Made by a program: the position numbers and the translations under genes
Notes under the pieces: model-generated
Database searches by the model: none
What the model was told of the DNA's origin: nothing
The model's input: only the letters and a program-made list of their open reading frames with translations
Source: an uncultured bacterium
Lineage (GTDB): Bacteria; Caldisericota; Caldisericia; B22-G15
Direction: 5' to 3'
Assembly: GCA_965612865.1 (NCBI GenBank)
Contig: CBFDTJ010000005.1
Location: forward strand, 1 to 39,185
DNA: 39,185 nucleotides
Shown: positions 19,463-29,600 of the stretch, piece after piece
Layout: each line of letters starts with the position of its first letter
How positions within the stretch are numbered: the first letter of the stretch is position 1

Positions 19463-20479
19463 TCACTCAACCTCATCTATAATTCCCCCACCAATTACAT
19501 AATCATCTTTGTAAAAAACACCAGATTGTCCTGGAGTCACTGCAAAAATCTCCTCTTTAAGAGTCACCTTAAATCTTTCTTTTCCTATTTTTCTAATCTC
19601 TCCTTCCCTCTCCTCTCCTTTGTATCTTGTCTTTACTTTTGCATTGAACACATCTGGCGGTGAATCAAAGTAAATCCAGTTTAAATCACGCACAACAAAA
19701 CTCTTTTTAAAGGCAACCTTTTTCTCCCCCACGATCACTTTGTTCTCCTCTGGAACAATCTTTACTACATAGAGAGGCTCACTCCAGGAAATATTAAGTC
19801 CAGATCTTTGCCCTATGGTAAAGAATTGAATCCCTTTGTGTTTTCCAAGGACTTTACCAGAAACATGAACAATTAATCCCTCCCTCTCTCCAATTCTTTC
19901 TTCAAGAAGCCTGTTCTTTCCTCCATAGACAAAGCACACATCCTGACTTTCAGGTGGAATCTCATCAAGAAGAGAAAGCTTAAGGACCTTCTCTTTAACT
20001 TTGCTCTTTCTCCAGTTTCCCAGAGGAAAGATGACTCTCTCAAGCTCATGTTGTTTGAGTCTATAGAGCATGTATGACTGATCCTTATCCTTGTAAAGGC
20101 TCTTCTTAAGTAAAAATCTCCCCTCTTTTTCCTCAATACGAGCATAGTGTCCCGTTGCAATCTTTCCTTCTTTTTGAAGAAGTTTGTTTATTGTAAGATT
20201 AAATTTTACCCTTTCATTGCATATCACACAGGGATTTGGAGTTCTTCCTCTTTTATATTCCTCAATAAAATTTTTAATGACCTCCCTTTTAAACTCCTCC
20301 CTTACATCAAGAATGAGAAAGGGGGCACCTAACTTCTTCGAGACTTTTTCTGCATTAACATAACTCTGCCCCTCATACATCCAGAGAAAAACAGATACAA
20401 CATCAAAACCTTTCCTCTTTAAAAGGTAGAGAGAGAAAGAAGAATCAACTCCTCCAGAAACTAAAGCATAAACCCTCAC
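19463..20479 (-). CDS. mnmA: tRNA-specific 2-thiouridylase
   Basis: SGGVDSS, TPNPCVICN, ATGHYA, KDQSYML, ESQDVCF, TIGQRSGL and VTPGQ. Confidence 0.95.
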   Translation of the reverse strand: MRVYALVSGGVDSSFSLYLLKRKGFDVVSVFLWMYEGQSYVNAEKVSKKLGAPFLILDVREEFKREVIKNFIEEYKRGRTPNPCVICNERVKFNLTINKLLQKEGKIATGHYARIEEKEGRFLLKKSLYKDKDQSYMLYRLKQHELERVIFPLGNWRKSKVKEKVLKLSLLDEIPPESQDVCFVYGGKNRLLEERIGEREGLIVHVSGKVLGKHKGIQFFTIGQRSGLNISWSEPLYVVKIVPEENKVIVGEKKVAFKKSFVVRDLNWIYFDSPPDVFNAKVKTRYKGEEREGEIRKIGKERFKVTLKEEIFAVTPGQSGVFYKDDYVIGGGIIDEVE

Positions 20480-20529
20480 ACCCTAATTCTACCAGGAATC
20501 TTCTCTAAACCAAGATTTTACACTTTAAA

Positions 20530-21882
20530 TTATTTCTCAAGGAGTTTCTTTGAAATTTTATTTTGTTTCTCTATATATATTTTTTCGTCTAAAATCGTGA
20601 ATTCTCCGTTCTCAATTACTATTTCGCCATTTATCATAGAAAAATCTACCTTCCCCGCATCAAGTATAACCGGAATACTTAATAAATCGTTGAGACCCCC
20701 GGAAAACTCAAGTCTATTCAAATCAAACATTATTAAATCAGCTGCTTTATGGGGCTCAATACTTCCAATATAGTCATCCATTCTTAAAACCCTTGCTCCC
20801 CCCATAGTTGCCATCTTCAAAACCTCTCTTGTGGTTAATGCGTCTGCTCCGAACCTAACCCTCTGAAGGAGAAGAGCATTTCTTATCTCTAAAAGAAAAT
20901 TTCCTGTATCATTGCTTGAGCTTCCATCCACTGCAAGACCAATCCTTACTCTTTCTTTCATTTTAGTAACTGGAGCAATGCCAGAGCCAAGTTTCATGTT
21001 TGAGGTAGGACAGTGTGCCATCCCAACATCGTATTTCACAAGTTTCTCTATGTCCTCATCAGATAGATGCACAAGATGGGCAAACCAGACTCTCTCATTC
21101 AACCAACCCAGCTCCTCCATGTAATCGATAGGTCTCTTTCCAAACTTCTCAAGACAGAATTTTTCCTCATCGAGAGTTTCTGCAAGATGGGTGTGAAGTA
21201 GTACATTCTTCTTTTCACTAAGTTTTACCGTTTCTTTCATAAGTTCAGGGGTTACAGAGAAGGGTGAACATGGAGCAAGGGCAATTCTAAGCATTGAGTA
21301 TTTCTCTGGATTATGATATTTGTCTATGAGTTCTTCAGAATGAGTTAAAATCTCCTCTTCGGTTTGAACAACTGAGTCTGGAGGAAGACCACCATCCTTT
21401 TTAGATAAGGACATACTCCCTCTCGTTGGATGGAATCTAACTTTTGTCATTACCCCGCCCTCAATCTGAGCATCAAATATAAAGTTGTTACCTTCTGGAA
21501 CAAGATAGAGATGATCTGTGGTGGTTGTAACTCCACTCTTCATCATCTCAAGAATTGCAACAATAGTGGATATATGAACTGCTTCCTCATCAATGTTTTT
21601 CCACATTTCATAAAGGGTCGTAAGCCATGGAAAAAGGGGAAGATCATTCACTCCTTTTATATTCCTGAAGAGAGACTGGTAGAAGTGATGATGAGTATTC
21701 ACAAATCCAGGAAGCATAAGTTTTCCCCTTCCATCTATAACCCTATCAAATTTTCCCTCTGGTTTTTCGCTTCCAACATAATCAATTTTATTTCCATCAA
21801 CTAAAACAAACCCATTTTCTATTTCTCTCCCCTTCTCATCCATAGTTCCAATTAACGTTACATCTGAAAAAAGTATTTTCAT
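20530..21882 (-). CDS. 8-oxoguanine deaminase-like amidohydrolase
   Basis: PGFVNTHHHFYQ, TRGSMS, LAPCSPFSV, HTHLAET, AHCPTSN and GLAVDGSSSND. Confidence 0.85.
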   Translation of the reverse strand: MKILFSDVTLIGTMDEKGREIENGFVLVDGNKIDYVGSEKPEGKFDRVIDGRGKLMLPGFVNTHHHFYQSLFRNIKGVNDLPLFPWLTTLYEMWKNIDEEAVHISTIVAILEMMKSGVTTTTDHLYLVPEGNNFIFDAQIEGGVMTKVRFHPTRGSMSLSKKDGGLPPDSVVQTEEEILTHSEELIDKYHNPEKYSMLRIALAPCSPFSVTPELMKETVKLSEKKNVLLHTHLAETLDEEKFCLEKFGKRPIDYMEELGWLNERVWFAHLVHLSDEDIEKLVKYDVGMAHCPTSNMKLGSGIAPVTKMKERVRIGLAVDGSSSNDTGNFLLEIRNALLLQRVRFGADALTTREVLKMATMGGARVLRMDDYIGSIEPHKAADLIMFDLNRLEFSGGLNDLLSIPVILDAGKVDFSMINGEIVIENGEFTILDEKIYIEKQNKISKKLLEK

Positions 21883-21934
21883 TCATCACCTCTTTAAAAA
21901 TTTTGTCTTATTTAAATTTTACCACTAATAATAT

Positions 21935-21966
21935 ACAATAAGACCCCAGGCCTAGGGTCTTATTGT
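21935..21966 (-). terminator. Probable intrinsic terminator after the protease gene
   Basis: 12-bp inverted repeat ACAATAAGACCC...GGGTCTTATTGT, 38 nt past the protease stop. Confidence 0.7.
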
Positions 21967-22003
21967 GCTTTGATATCTCTTTAAAATAATTTTCTGATTT
22001 ATT

Positions 22004-24787
22004 TTAAAGAAAAAACATAAACCTTCTATAATTTATTATTGCTGAATTAAAACAGGATGTATAGGCATCATTCACGAGTATCACATTGTTTTCTGACAAT
22101 GTGTTCACAGCGATAGTGAAAGACCACATCTGGGACCAAGAACTTACTCCTGCATCATTGACTCCAGCAACTCTCCACCAGTACATAACCCCTTCCTCAA
22201 GTATCCCATCTGGTATGGTAAACTGTGTATCTAATATACCGTTAACTGAATACACAACTCTTATTCTTCTTCTAATTCTTGTGAGGATTTGAAGATTGTA
22301 TGAAGTTGCCCTATTAGCTTCCTCCCAGATAAATGTTGGTGTGAGTGTATCGAGAATGCTTCCATTTTCAGGGGATATAAGAGTTGGTGGTGGAGGAGGA
22401 TTGAGGGGTATATAAACACTGACCTCGTTGGATGGGTTGCTCTCACCTACAGAGTTTACAGCAGTCACATAGTACCAGTAAGTATTTCCACCACTAACAT
22501 CTGTGTCTGTATAGGAAGTGGTTGTGCTGGAAACTTCTATAAGAAAAGTTTCTTCACCAGAGGAGGTGCCTTTATAAATTCTGTATCCTGTAATGCTTGA
22601 GCCTCCATCATTCTCTGGAGGATCCCATGATAAAACTACACTTTCACCATCTCTTACACCTGTAAGGTTTTGTGGTGAAGATGGAGGTGTTGGGAGAGAA
22701 ACTGTAAAGCTCCATTGATCAGAGTAATCTCCCCAGCCATCACTATTGTGTGCCTTTACTCTCCAGTAATAGACACTTCCATCTGAAAGAATACCTTCTG
22801 GAAGTGTAAATGATGTGGTTATTATGGAATTGTTATTATAGATTTCTGTATGAGAGGAGTCTTCTATCGATAATTCATATAAGTCAGCATCTGATATTTC
22901 CTCCCACTCAAAAGTTGGGGTTAAGGTTCTAACAATGCTTCCATTTTCAGGGGATATAAGAGTTGGTGGTGGAGGAGGCTGGGGTCCAAGACTTGTAACT
23001 GTAAAACTCCACATACTTGACCAATCACTCTGTCCATAAGAGTTAACACCACAAACTCTCCAGTAGTAAAGAGTATTAAGGGATAGAATTCCTTCTGGAA
23101 CTGTATATTGAGTTGAAGTAATTTCCGTGGCTGAATAAACAACCCTTAATCTTCTCCTTATTCTTGAAAGAATCTGAATGTTATAAGAAGTGGCTCCCTG
23201 AGATGCCTCCCAGATTAAAGTCGGGGTCCAGCTGACACTGGAACCATTTTCAGGGGATATAAGAACTGGTGGTGGAGGAGGCTGGGGAGGTGGAGGGGGC
23301 TCCTCAACAACAATAGTGCCTGTAATATCTATGTAAGATGGTGTTCCATGAGCACAGCTAACCCTTACAACATAATTAAATTCTCCTGTTACTCCAGCAG
23401 GGGGAAAGGCAGTTATGGAAAATGTTTTATTCTGACCTGATGAAATATCACCAAGATTCTCAGGTGATACGGTTATCCAGTCAGGACCACTTATTTTCTC
23501 TACGGTAACATTCAGTATATCTCCATCGGAGGCAGAAACAGTAAATACCTCTGAATCACTCTCACCGTAATTTATAGTAGTGGACCAGGAGGCGGGTAAA
23601 ACTGACATTGTTCCATAATTAATCTCTGGAGTAGCACTTACCTCATTGGAGGGATCACTCTCTCCCGAACTATTCACAGCAGTCACATAGTACCAGTAGG
23701 TGTTTCCATTTGTAACTCCTGTGTCATGATAAGATGTAGTGTCTGAAGAAACTGAAACCAAAAATTCTTCTGATCCTGAAGATAATCCCCTATAAATTCT
23801 ATATTCAGTAAACGGCGGAGTTCCAGAATCCTGTGGAGGTTCCCATGAAAGATCCACAAACCCATTTCCTGAAGATGCTAAGAGGTTCTGTGGTGGAGAT
23901 GGAGGAGAAGTGCTTTCTACATGGTCTGTCATGGCCCAGGCTTCCCATGCACGGGTTCTAAAGAAGTTATAACTTATATTAACAAATCCATCGTACCCCC
24001 ACGAGGTACCCCAGGAATTAACTACTTTAAACGCCTGGAGGCTATCATTATATCCCACAACAGCCATTCCATGACCACCCTGATAGGTGCCCCATTTGTA
24101 ATCATAGACATAATCGGGATCATCAGGTACATAGTAAAAATCTGTATATACTGGAATAGCTACAACGAATATGTCACCTGAGGCAAGGTAGGTCTTTAGA
24201 GCGTCTATATCGCTAACATCCAGCCTTCCATAACTTTCTGCCCTATACGGATAAGCTATACTTTTTTGCTCATCTGTTGGTTGCGTGGAACAATCGTATT
24301 GATTGTAAGGGAACACACTTAAAGGATCAGCACCCTGGGTTACAAGGATATTAAAATTTTCTGGAAAAGTGCTTCCTCTATCACAATTCCCATTTACTAT
24401 CTGATTGTACACATAAGCTGGTGAAAATTGATGATCGGTAGAAGTTAAATCCCAGCCTCTTTCAACTCCTTCCTGATAACTCTTATAATAGTACACGCTT
24501 GCCCACGAAGCACAACTCCCCTGAGACCCCTGGTTGCCTACAGGAGGAATTCCGTCAGAGTGATCAACAACAGCTGGAAGGGAGAGAAGACCAACTTTCC
24601 TTATCTCATCTCTTATAGCCCCAATATCTACCTTTGGAAAATCCTCTAAGTTCTGCGTTCTTTTTAACCCCAATGAAAATATGTTACTGGAAAGTACCTC
24701 CTCTCTACCTGAAGAAAATAGAAAAGGAAGAGACACAAAAATAAGAGTAAAGAGGATAAGAGATATTAAAATTTTCCTCTTAAGCAT
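22004..24787 (-). CDS. Secreted C1A (papain-like) cysteine protease with FN3/Ig-like repeats
   Basis: Signal peptide; NQGSQGSCASWA, GHGMAVVGY and VNSWG catalytic motifs; two classic FN3 domains (PPS.PQNL...YWYYVTAVNS.GES..SNEVS), one Ig-like domain, and three PPPPxLISPENG...YxWRV modules. Confidence 0.9.
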   Translation of the reverse strand: MLKRKILISLILFTLIFVSLPFLFSSGREEVLSSNIFSLGLKRTQNLEDFPKVDIGAIRDEIRKVGLLSLPAVVDHSDGIPPVGNQGSQGSCASWASVYYYKSYQEGVERGWDLTSTDHQFSPAYVYNQIVNGNCDRGSTFPENFNILVTQGADPLSVFPYNQYDCSTQPTDEQKSIAYPYRAESYGRLDVSDIDALKTYLASGDIFVVAIPVYTDFYYVPDDPDYVYDYKWGTYQGGHGMAVVGYNDSLQAFKVVNSWGTSWGYDGFVNISYNFFRTRAWEAWAMTDHVESTSPPSPPQNLLASSGNGFVDLSWEPPQDSGTPPFTEYRIYRGLSSGSEEFLVSVSSDTTSYHDTGVTNGNTYWYYVTAVNSSGESDPSNEVSATPEINYGTMSVLPASWSTTINYGESDSEVFTVSASDGDILNVTVEKISGPDWITVSPENLGDISSGQNKTFSITAFPPAGVTGEFNYVVRVSCAHGTPSYIDITGTIVVEEPPPPPQPPPPPVLISPENGSSVSWTPTLIWEASQGATSYNIQILSRIRRRLRVVYSATEITSTQYTVPEGILSLNTLYYWRVCGVNSYGQSDWSSMWSFTVTSLGPQPPPPPTLISPENGSIVRTLTPTFEWEEISDADLYELSIEDSSHTEIYNNNSIITTSFTLPEGILSDGSVYYWRVKAHNSDGWGDYSDQWSFTVSLPTPPSSPQNLTGVRDGESVVLSWDPPENDGGSSITGYRIYKGTSSGEETFLIEVSSTTTSYTDTDVSGGNTYWYYVTAVNSVGESNPSNEVSVYIPLNPPPPPTLISPENGSILDTLTPTFIWEEANRATSYNLQILTRIRRRIRVVYSVNGILDTQFTIPDGILEEGVMYWWRVAGVNDAGVSSWSQMWSFTIAVNTLSENNVILVNDAYTSCFNSAIINYRRFMFFL
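22355..23281. repeat. Three near-identical DNA repeats within the protease gene
   Basis: 45-nt exact match at 22355-22399 and 22934-22978; third copy at 23244-23281 (38 nt, 2 mismatches). Encodes PPPPxLISPENG. Confidence 0.85.
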
Positions 24788-24812
24788 GATTCATCCTCCT
24801 TAATACAAAATT

Positions 24813-24888
24813 CCAGGCCGGTTGCGTCACTGAACTCCCTCTAACCCCTTGACGCCCAAGTTGAGGTTAGAGATCCTCGTCCTCCTGG
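24813..24888 (-). ncRNA. c-di-GMP-II riboswitch aptamer
   Basis: mRNA CCAGG-A-GGAC-GAG-GA-UCUCUAACC-UCAAC-UUGGGCGUC-AAGG-GGUUAGAG-G-GA-GUUC-AGU-GACGC-AACCG-G-CCUGG: P1 CCAGG/CCUGG, P2 GGAC/GUUC, kink-turn G.A pairs, P3 CUCUAACC/GGUUAGAG, pseudoknot GCGUC/GACGC, conserved AGU and CAACCG. Confidence 0.85.
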
Positions 24889-24910
24889 CGAACCTACCTG
24901 GTTCATTTAA

Positions 24911-24938
24911 ATTATATAATAAAACCCGATAAATACAA
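24911..24938 (-). promoter_or_regulatory. sigma70-type promoter for the riboswitch-protease transcript
   Basis: Minus strand TTGTAT-N16-TATAAT; predicted start near 24904, just before the aptamer. Confidence 0.6.
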
Positions 24939-24958
24939 AAACGCCCCTCCCGGGGCGT
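24931..24958 (-). terminator. Intrinsic terminator after the beta-helix gene
   Basis: ACGCCCC-GGGA-GGGGCGT followed by TTTTGTATTT. Confidence 0.85.
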
Positions 24959-24992
24959 AACACAATTGATAGGCTCTTTTTCTCCTAAATGT

Positions 24993-26582
24993 TTAACCTC
25001 TACCTGTGATTTTCAGCGATATGCCTTCTCTCCTATCATAAAATATAATGCGGTACATACCAGAAGGATAGTAGTTCAGTATAAGCCTGTATCTATTGTC
25101 TGCATAGTAGCCTGACATGTACCCTCCAGATGAACGGAATCTATCAAATGGCATCCAGCCTGTATCATAACCTTTAGATGGAATTACAATTCTCCACTCT
25201 GCCGGGCTTGCGCCGGGGGTGAAGTATACAAGGGCATCACCTGTATCAGATTCAGTCCTTCTAAGCCATGGAGTGTAATCAACATTACCTACAACACTAT
25301 CACCGGAACCAGGACCGTCTCCAGATGGACCATCATTGGCACCCCAGTAGTTATTGGTAGCATCCACTGTATCAGTTTGAAGATCATCAGTCCACAAACC
25401 CCATCCATTACCGTATATATCATTATAATGAATTTCAACATCTGTAGGACTGGGATCACCATAGCCATAATTCCACACATCAATAGCATCATTAGTATTG
25501 TTAAGTAACTTATTATTACTCACAGTAATGTTCCGGGCATCATTAGATATTCCTATACCCCACTTGTTTTTCTCTATTATGTTATTTGTCACTAATACAT
25601 TATTTACATTATAAACGTTCCATGGGAAGCCGTAAGCGGACGGAAAATCTACAATTCCTATAGCTTGATCGTTACTTTCAAGATAATTTGAATTAATAGT
25701 AACATTTTCTGTATCCACAACCAATATACCTGTAGCGGCCCAGCTTGGATTGTTAACATAACAATTGTAAACTTCGTTTTCTTTCACAGTACCGGTAGCA
25801 CCGTAACCAATCTGAATACCATTTTCTGCCCACCAGCCAGTAGAAGGAGTCTCATCAAAGCCATAAATTTTGTTAGATTCTATAGTCACTACAGGATCTG
25901 GAAGACAAGAAGCATCTCCCATTATCCCGATTCCTCCTCTTGAGAAATCTCTAATTGTATTCTCGGCTAATGTTACATTGGAATCACCATATACAAGAAT
26001 TCCGAATGTTTGTTCCCCAGTTCCGTCTCCACTTGGTCCATACATGTTATGTATAGAGCAATTTCTAAATTCTCCTGTTGCGTTTCTCCATAGGACACCA
26101 ACAAATCTACGAGAGGTTCCTGTCCCATTATTCTGCCCATCTATCTTGAATCCACTAATATTAACATTTATTGTTCCAGTTCCTTCCCACTTATCTTCTC
26201 CCGCATTGTAGGTTCCACCAAAAACTCCTATTATGTATTCAAAGTAAGATTGACTTTCTTCAATCTTTGCATCTTCAGGGGCGGCTGGTGCTTTTATCAC
26301 TGCACCTGTCTCTCCAATCAGGGAGAGATTCTTACTTATTGTAATACTCTCCTCATAACTTCCTGCTTTTACATGCACTGTTCCGCCATCTTCAACAGCG
26401 TTAACCCCTTCCTGAATAGTATCAAAGTGATCGTATCCATTATCGGGTCCATCGTCATCAACCCACACTTCATTTGGATCTGGGGGAACTAAAGAAAAGG
26501 TTGTCTTCGGTAGAAGGATTATACTGAAACCTAAAACCAAACTTGCAACCACCAATATGCTTACTAACTTCTTCATGTTCAT
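24993..26582 (-). CDS. Secreted right-handed parallel beta-helix (pectin lyase-fold) protein
   Basis: Signal peptide; F.TIQEGVNA..G.TV.V.AG.Y.E cap; Asn-ladder repeats (VTI.SN.I, ITVSNNKL); ends IHYNDIYGN...VDATNNYWG...VDYTPWL, then a separate ~85-aa C-terminal domain. Confidence 0.85.
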   Translation of the reverse strand: MNMKKLVSILVVASLVLGFSIILLPKTTFSLVPPDPNEVWVDDDGPDNGYDHFDTIQEGVNAVEDGGTVHVKAGSYEESITISKNLSLIGETGAVIKAPAAPEDAKIEESQSYFEYIIGVFGGTYNAGEDKWEGTGTINVNISGFKIDGQNNGTGTSRRFVGVLWRNATGEFRNCSIHNMYGPSGDGTGEQTFGILVYGDSNVTLAENTIRDFSRGGIGIMGDASCLPDPVVTIESNKIYGFDETPSTGWWAENGIQIGYGATGTVKENEVYNCYVNNPSWAATGILVVDTENVTINSNYLESNDQAIGIVDFPSAYGFPWNVYNVNNVLVTNNIIEKNKWGIGISNDARNITVSNNKLLNNTNDAIDVWNYGYGDPSPTDVEIHYNDIYGNGWGLWTDDLQTDTVDATNNYWGANDGPSGDGPGSGDSVVGNVDYTPWLRRTESDTGDALVYFTPGASPAEWRIVIPSKGYDTGWMPFDRFRSSGGYMSGYYADNRYRLILNYYPSGMYRIIFYDRREGISLKITGRG

Positions 26583-26616
26583 TTTTTTCTGCCTCCTCTA
26601 TTTTATTTAGAGGGAG

Positions 26617-26642
26617 GTTGGGGGACCCGAAAGTCCCCCAAC
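26617..26642 (-). other. Strong 3' stem-loop after the S-layer-like gene
   Basis: GTTGGGGGAC-TTTCGG-GTCCCCCAAC: 10-bp stem with a UUCG-containing loop and no U-tract. Confidence 0.75.
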
Positions 26643-26666
26643 TATCCGATTACCCCTAATTATCTA

Positions 26667-29600
26667 TTAGTACCAGAGGAATGTGATGGTTACAGTTCTT
26701 GTGAGAGGATCCCAATCAACCTGAGAACCGAATGCCTCTGCGATAAATCTGATTGGAACAAAGGTTCTTCCATTTACGATCTCTGGAGCAACATCAAGAG
26801 CGAAGACCTCACCGTCAACTATTGCTGTTGGGTTACCAACCTGAAGACCAATGGTATGTTTTGTGGATGCAAGGTCAAGAGAAATGTTGATTCCTCTTGT
26901 CTCTGGGATCCACTCAACAGTTGCACCAAAGGCTTCTGCAATGAGACGGAGAGGTACCATTGTTCTTCCGTTCTTGATGTATGGAGCTGCTTCATATGGT
27001 TCACCGAACTCACCGTTGACTCTTGCCACTGGGTTACCAATCTGGAGTTCAACTACTGTCTTCTTGTAGATGACTACTGTGATTTCCTTGGTGGTCTCAT
27101 TTCCAACTGCATCTGTTGCGGTGACTGTTACGATGTTCTCACCATACTCAAGCTCAAGCTCTGCTTCCCAGTAATCGTGAGCAACAGTGGCTTCCACATC
27201 GTTAACCATTACCTTTGCACCTTCCTCTACCTTACCGGAGAGTTTCACGGTGGTTGAGGTAAGTGGTGAAGGTAATGCATCAACTGTGAGTTCTGGTGGA
27301 ACTGTGTCAAGAACAACAACTACTGTCTTTTCAGTCTTGTTTCCAGATGGATCCTTTGCTACTACTGTAATCTCATTTTCACCCTCAGTGAGTGTTACTT
27401 CTGCACTGAACTTGCCATCTGCTCCAACTTCTGCCTCGACTCCATTAACCTTAACCATTACTGTGCCTGAGTTATCTGTTGCTGTACCTGTAATTGTCAC
27501 TGTTGGCTCGTTGGTTGGAGATGCTGGCTTGTCAACTGTGAGTTCTGGTGGAATGGTGTCTGCACCAACAGAGACTACCATCTTGCCAGAGATGTATCCA
27601 TCTTTGGCTGCTGTGATAAGAATATCACCAGCTTCTGTTGGCTTCACTGAGAACTTAACCATTCCATCAGCATCTGTTGTTCCCACAAGATCAACACCAG
27701 CACCGTAGAGTGTTACCTCTGCACCTGCAACTGGGAAGTTAGGTCCTGCCTCTACTACCTTAACGGTAACCTCTGTCTCAACTCCAACAGTGAGGTCACC
27801 CTTCAAGGAGAGACCAAGTCCCTTTGCTGCATCGAAGTATGGAAGTGGCCATGAAGCGCTTCCAACTGGAGGAGCAATTCTCTGAGCTTCTCTCATGTCT
27901 GCAACTTCGTGTCCCTTTGGTGTGATAAGGAATGAACCATTGAATAGTGAAGCACCCCAACCAGTAAATGCTGCTAACCAGTCAGTTATGAAGCTTGCTG
28001 CTCCAAACTCAATCATTGCATTATCTGGTGCTCTGTCATCGTATGTCCAGTAGAGGACTTCACCAACAGAGTTGAACTTATACCACCATGGCTCGAGGTC
28101 GTTTCTCATCCAGAACATATCAGAACCCCATCTTGCAACAACTGCAAGGTAGGCAACTCTTGTACCAACTCCTCTTGGTAAGAAGTTCAAGGTTGTCTCT
28201 GCTACACCATCATCGTTGTGTGTGAAGGTTCCATATGCCCATGTCTCAACGTTTCCTACAAGCTGTACCTGTACACCTTCTCTTACTGCAAGATCTCTGT
28301 CGTCTGCTGGAAGTGCATGTACAACAAGGTGGTTCTCAAGTCCATATGTTAGATCATAGAAGTTCTCGTTGAATATCTCTTTTCCAAGCTCCTCATGGGT
28401 TTCACCATTAAGCACCTCAAACTTCATGAAGTCAATGTCAACCTGTCTATTTGCATTTCCATACCAGTCAAGGAAGAATCCCCAATCTGCACCATTTCCA
28501 GTTCCACTCCATGCAGCACCAAATCTGTACCTTGGATAGGAGAGCATGTAAGACCAACCTGCAACGTCACCAAGATCGTATACTCCTGCTCCTGTATCAA
28601 ATATGGTTACATATGGGTTCTTTCCAACAATTCCTGAAAGTGCAGAGATGTCATCTGTCTCAACATAGAAGGTTGCCTGTCCATTCTCATCAAGTGTGAA
28701 TGTATCGTCAACATCTATTACACCATCAGTATTTATATCTGGATACATATTTCCGATTGCCCATGGACCAATATCGTACTGAGAGTTGTAGATTCCCTGC
28801 TGACCTTCAAATCCATCGGCTGTAGGATTGCCCCAGTAGAAGAGATAGTGTGTCCAATCGTGTACACCATAAACTTTACCTTCTCCAGCTCCACCTTCGT
28901 AGATGTTGTCATAGGTAGATGCGTATGCTCCAAACGGTATCCACTCTGTGAAGGAAACATCTCCATCACCATCAAAGTCTGCACCGACCCAGTTGAAGTA
29001 GTGTGGTGTGTATCCCATGTATGGGAGGAATCCTGCATATACACCCTCTGTTGGAGGCTCACACTCACCAACTGGACCTGGAGATGCAATTGGCTTACCT
29101 TCGCAGTCCTTTACAGTTACTGTCACTTCATAGATTCTGATGTCACCTGCAGTCATAACAAAGTCTGGATCACCTGGTACAGTAAATACTGTTCCAGTCT
29201 CATCCTCAACATTTGTTATCTCATAAGAGACATCTGGAAGTTCAACCTTAACTGTGGCAACACCATAGTGCTTTCTATCTGGACTGTAAACATATACCTC
29301 AAACTCACCCTTATCATTGGCAACGAATCCAGTGAACTTGTAGATACCATCGCCCATCTCTGTGAAGTCTGGATTGATTGGCTCAAGGGAATTACCAATT
29401 GCATCTACATCTGCAACACCGTCACCATTCCAGTCGTATGGTCCACCTACATACATGTCATTTGCTGCATACAGATTGAGAGCATGTGCAAGTCCTGTAT
29501 CTGGATCAACAACTATTGCATCATTGTGCAGGTCTGTTCTTACCCAGTAGTACTCAGGAAGTGGTACTGGTACAACATCATCAAAGAGTCCGTTCCAGAT

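Noticed and set aside
22355..23281. CRISPR array
   Set aside because: The repeats are in-frame coding modules hundreds of bases apart, and there are no cas genes.
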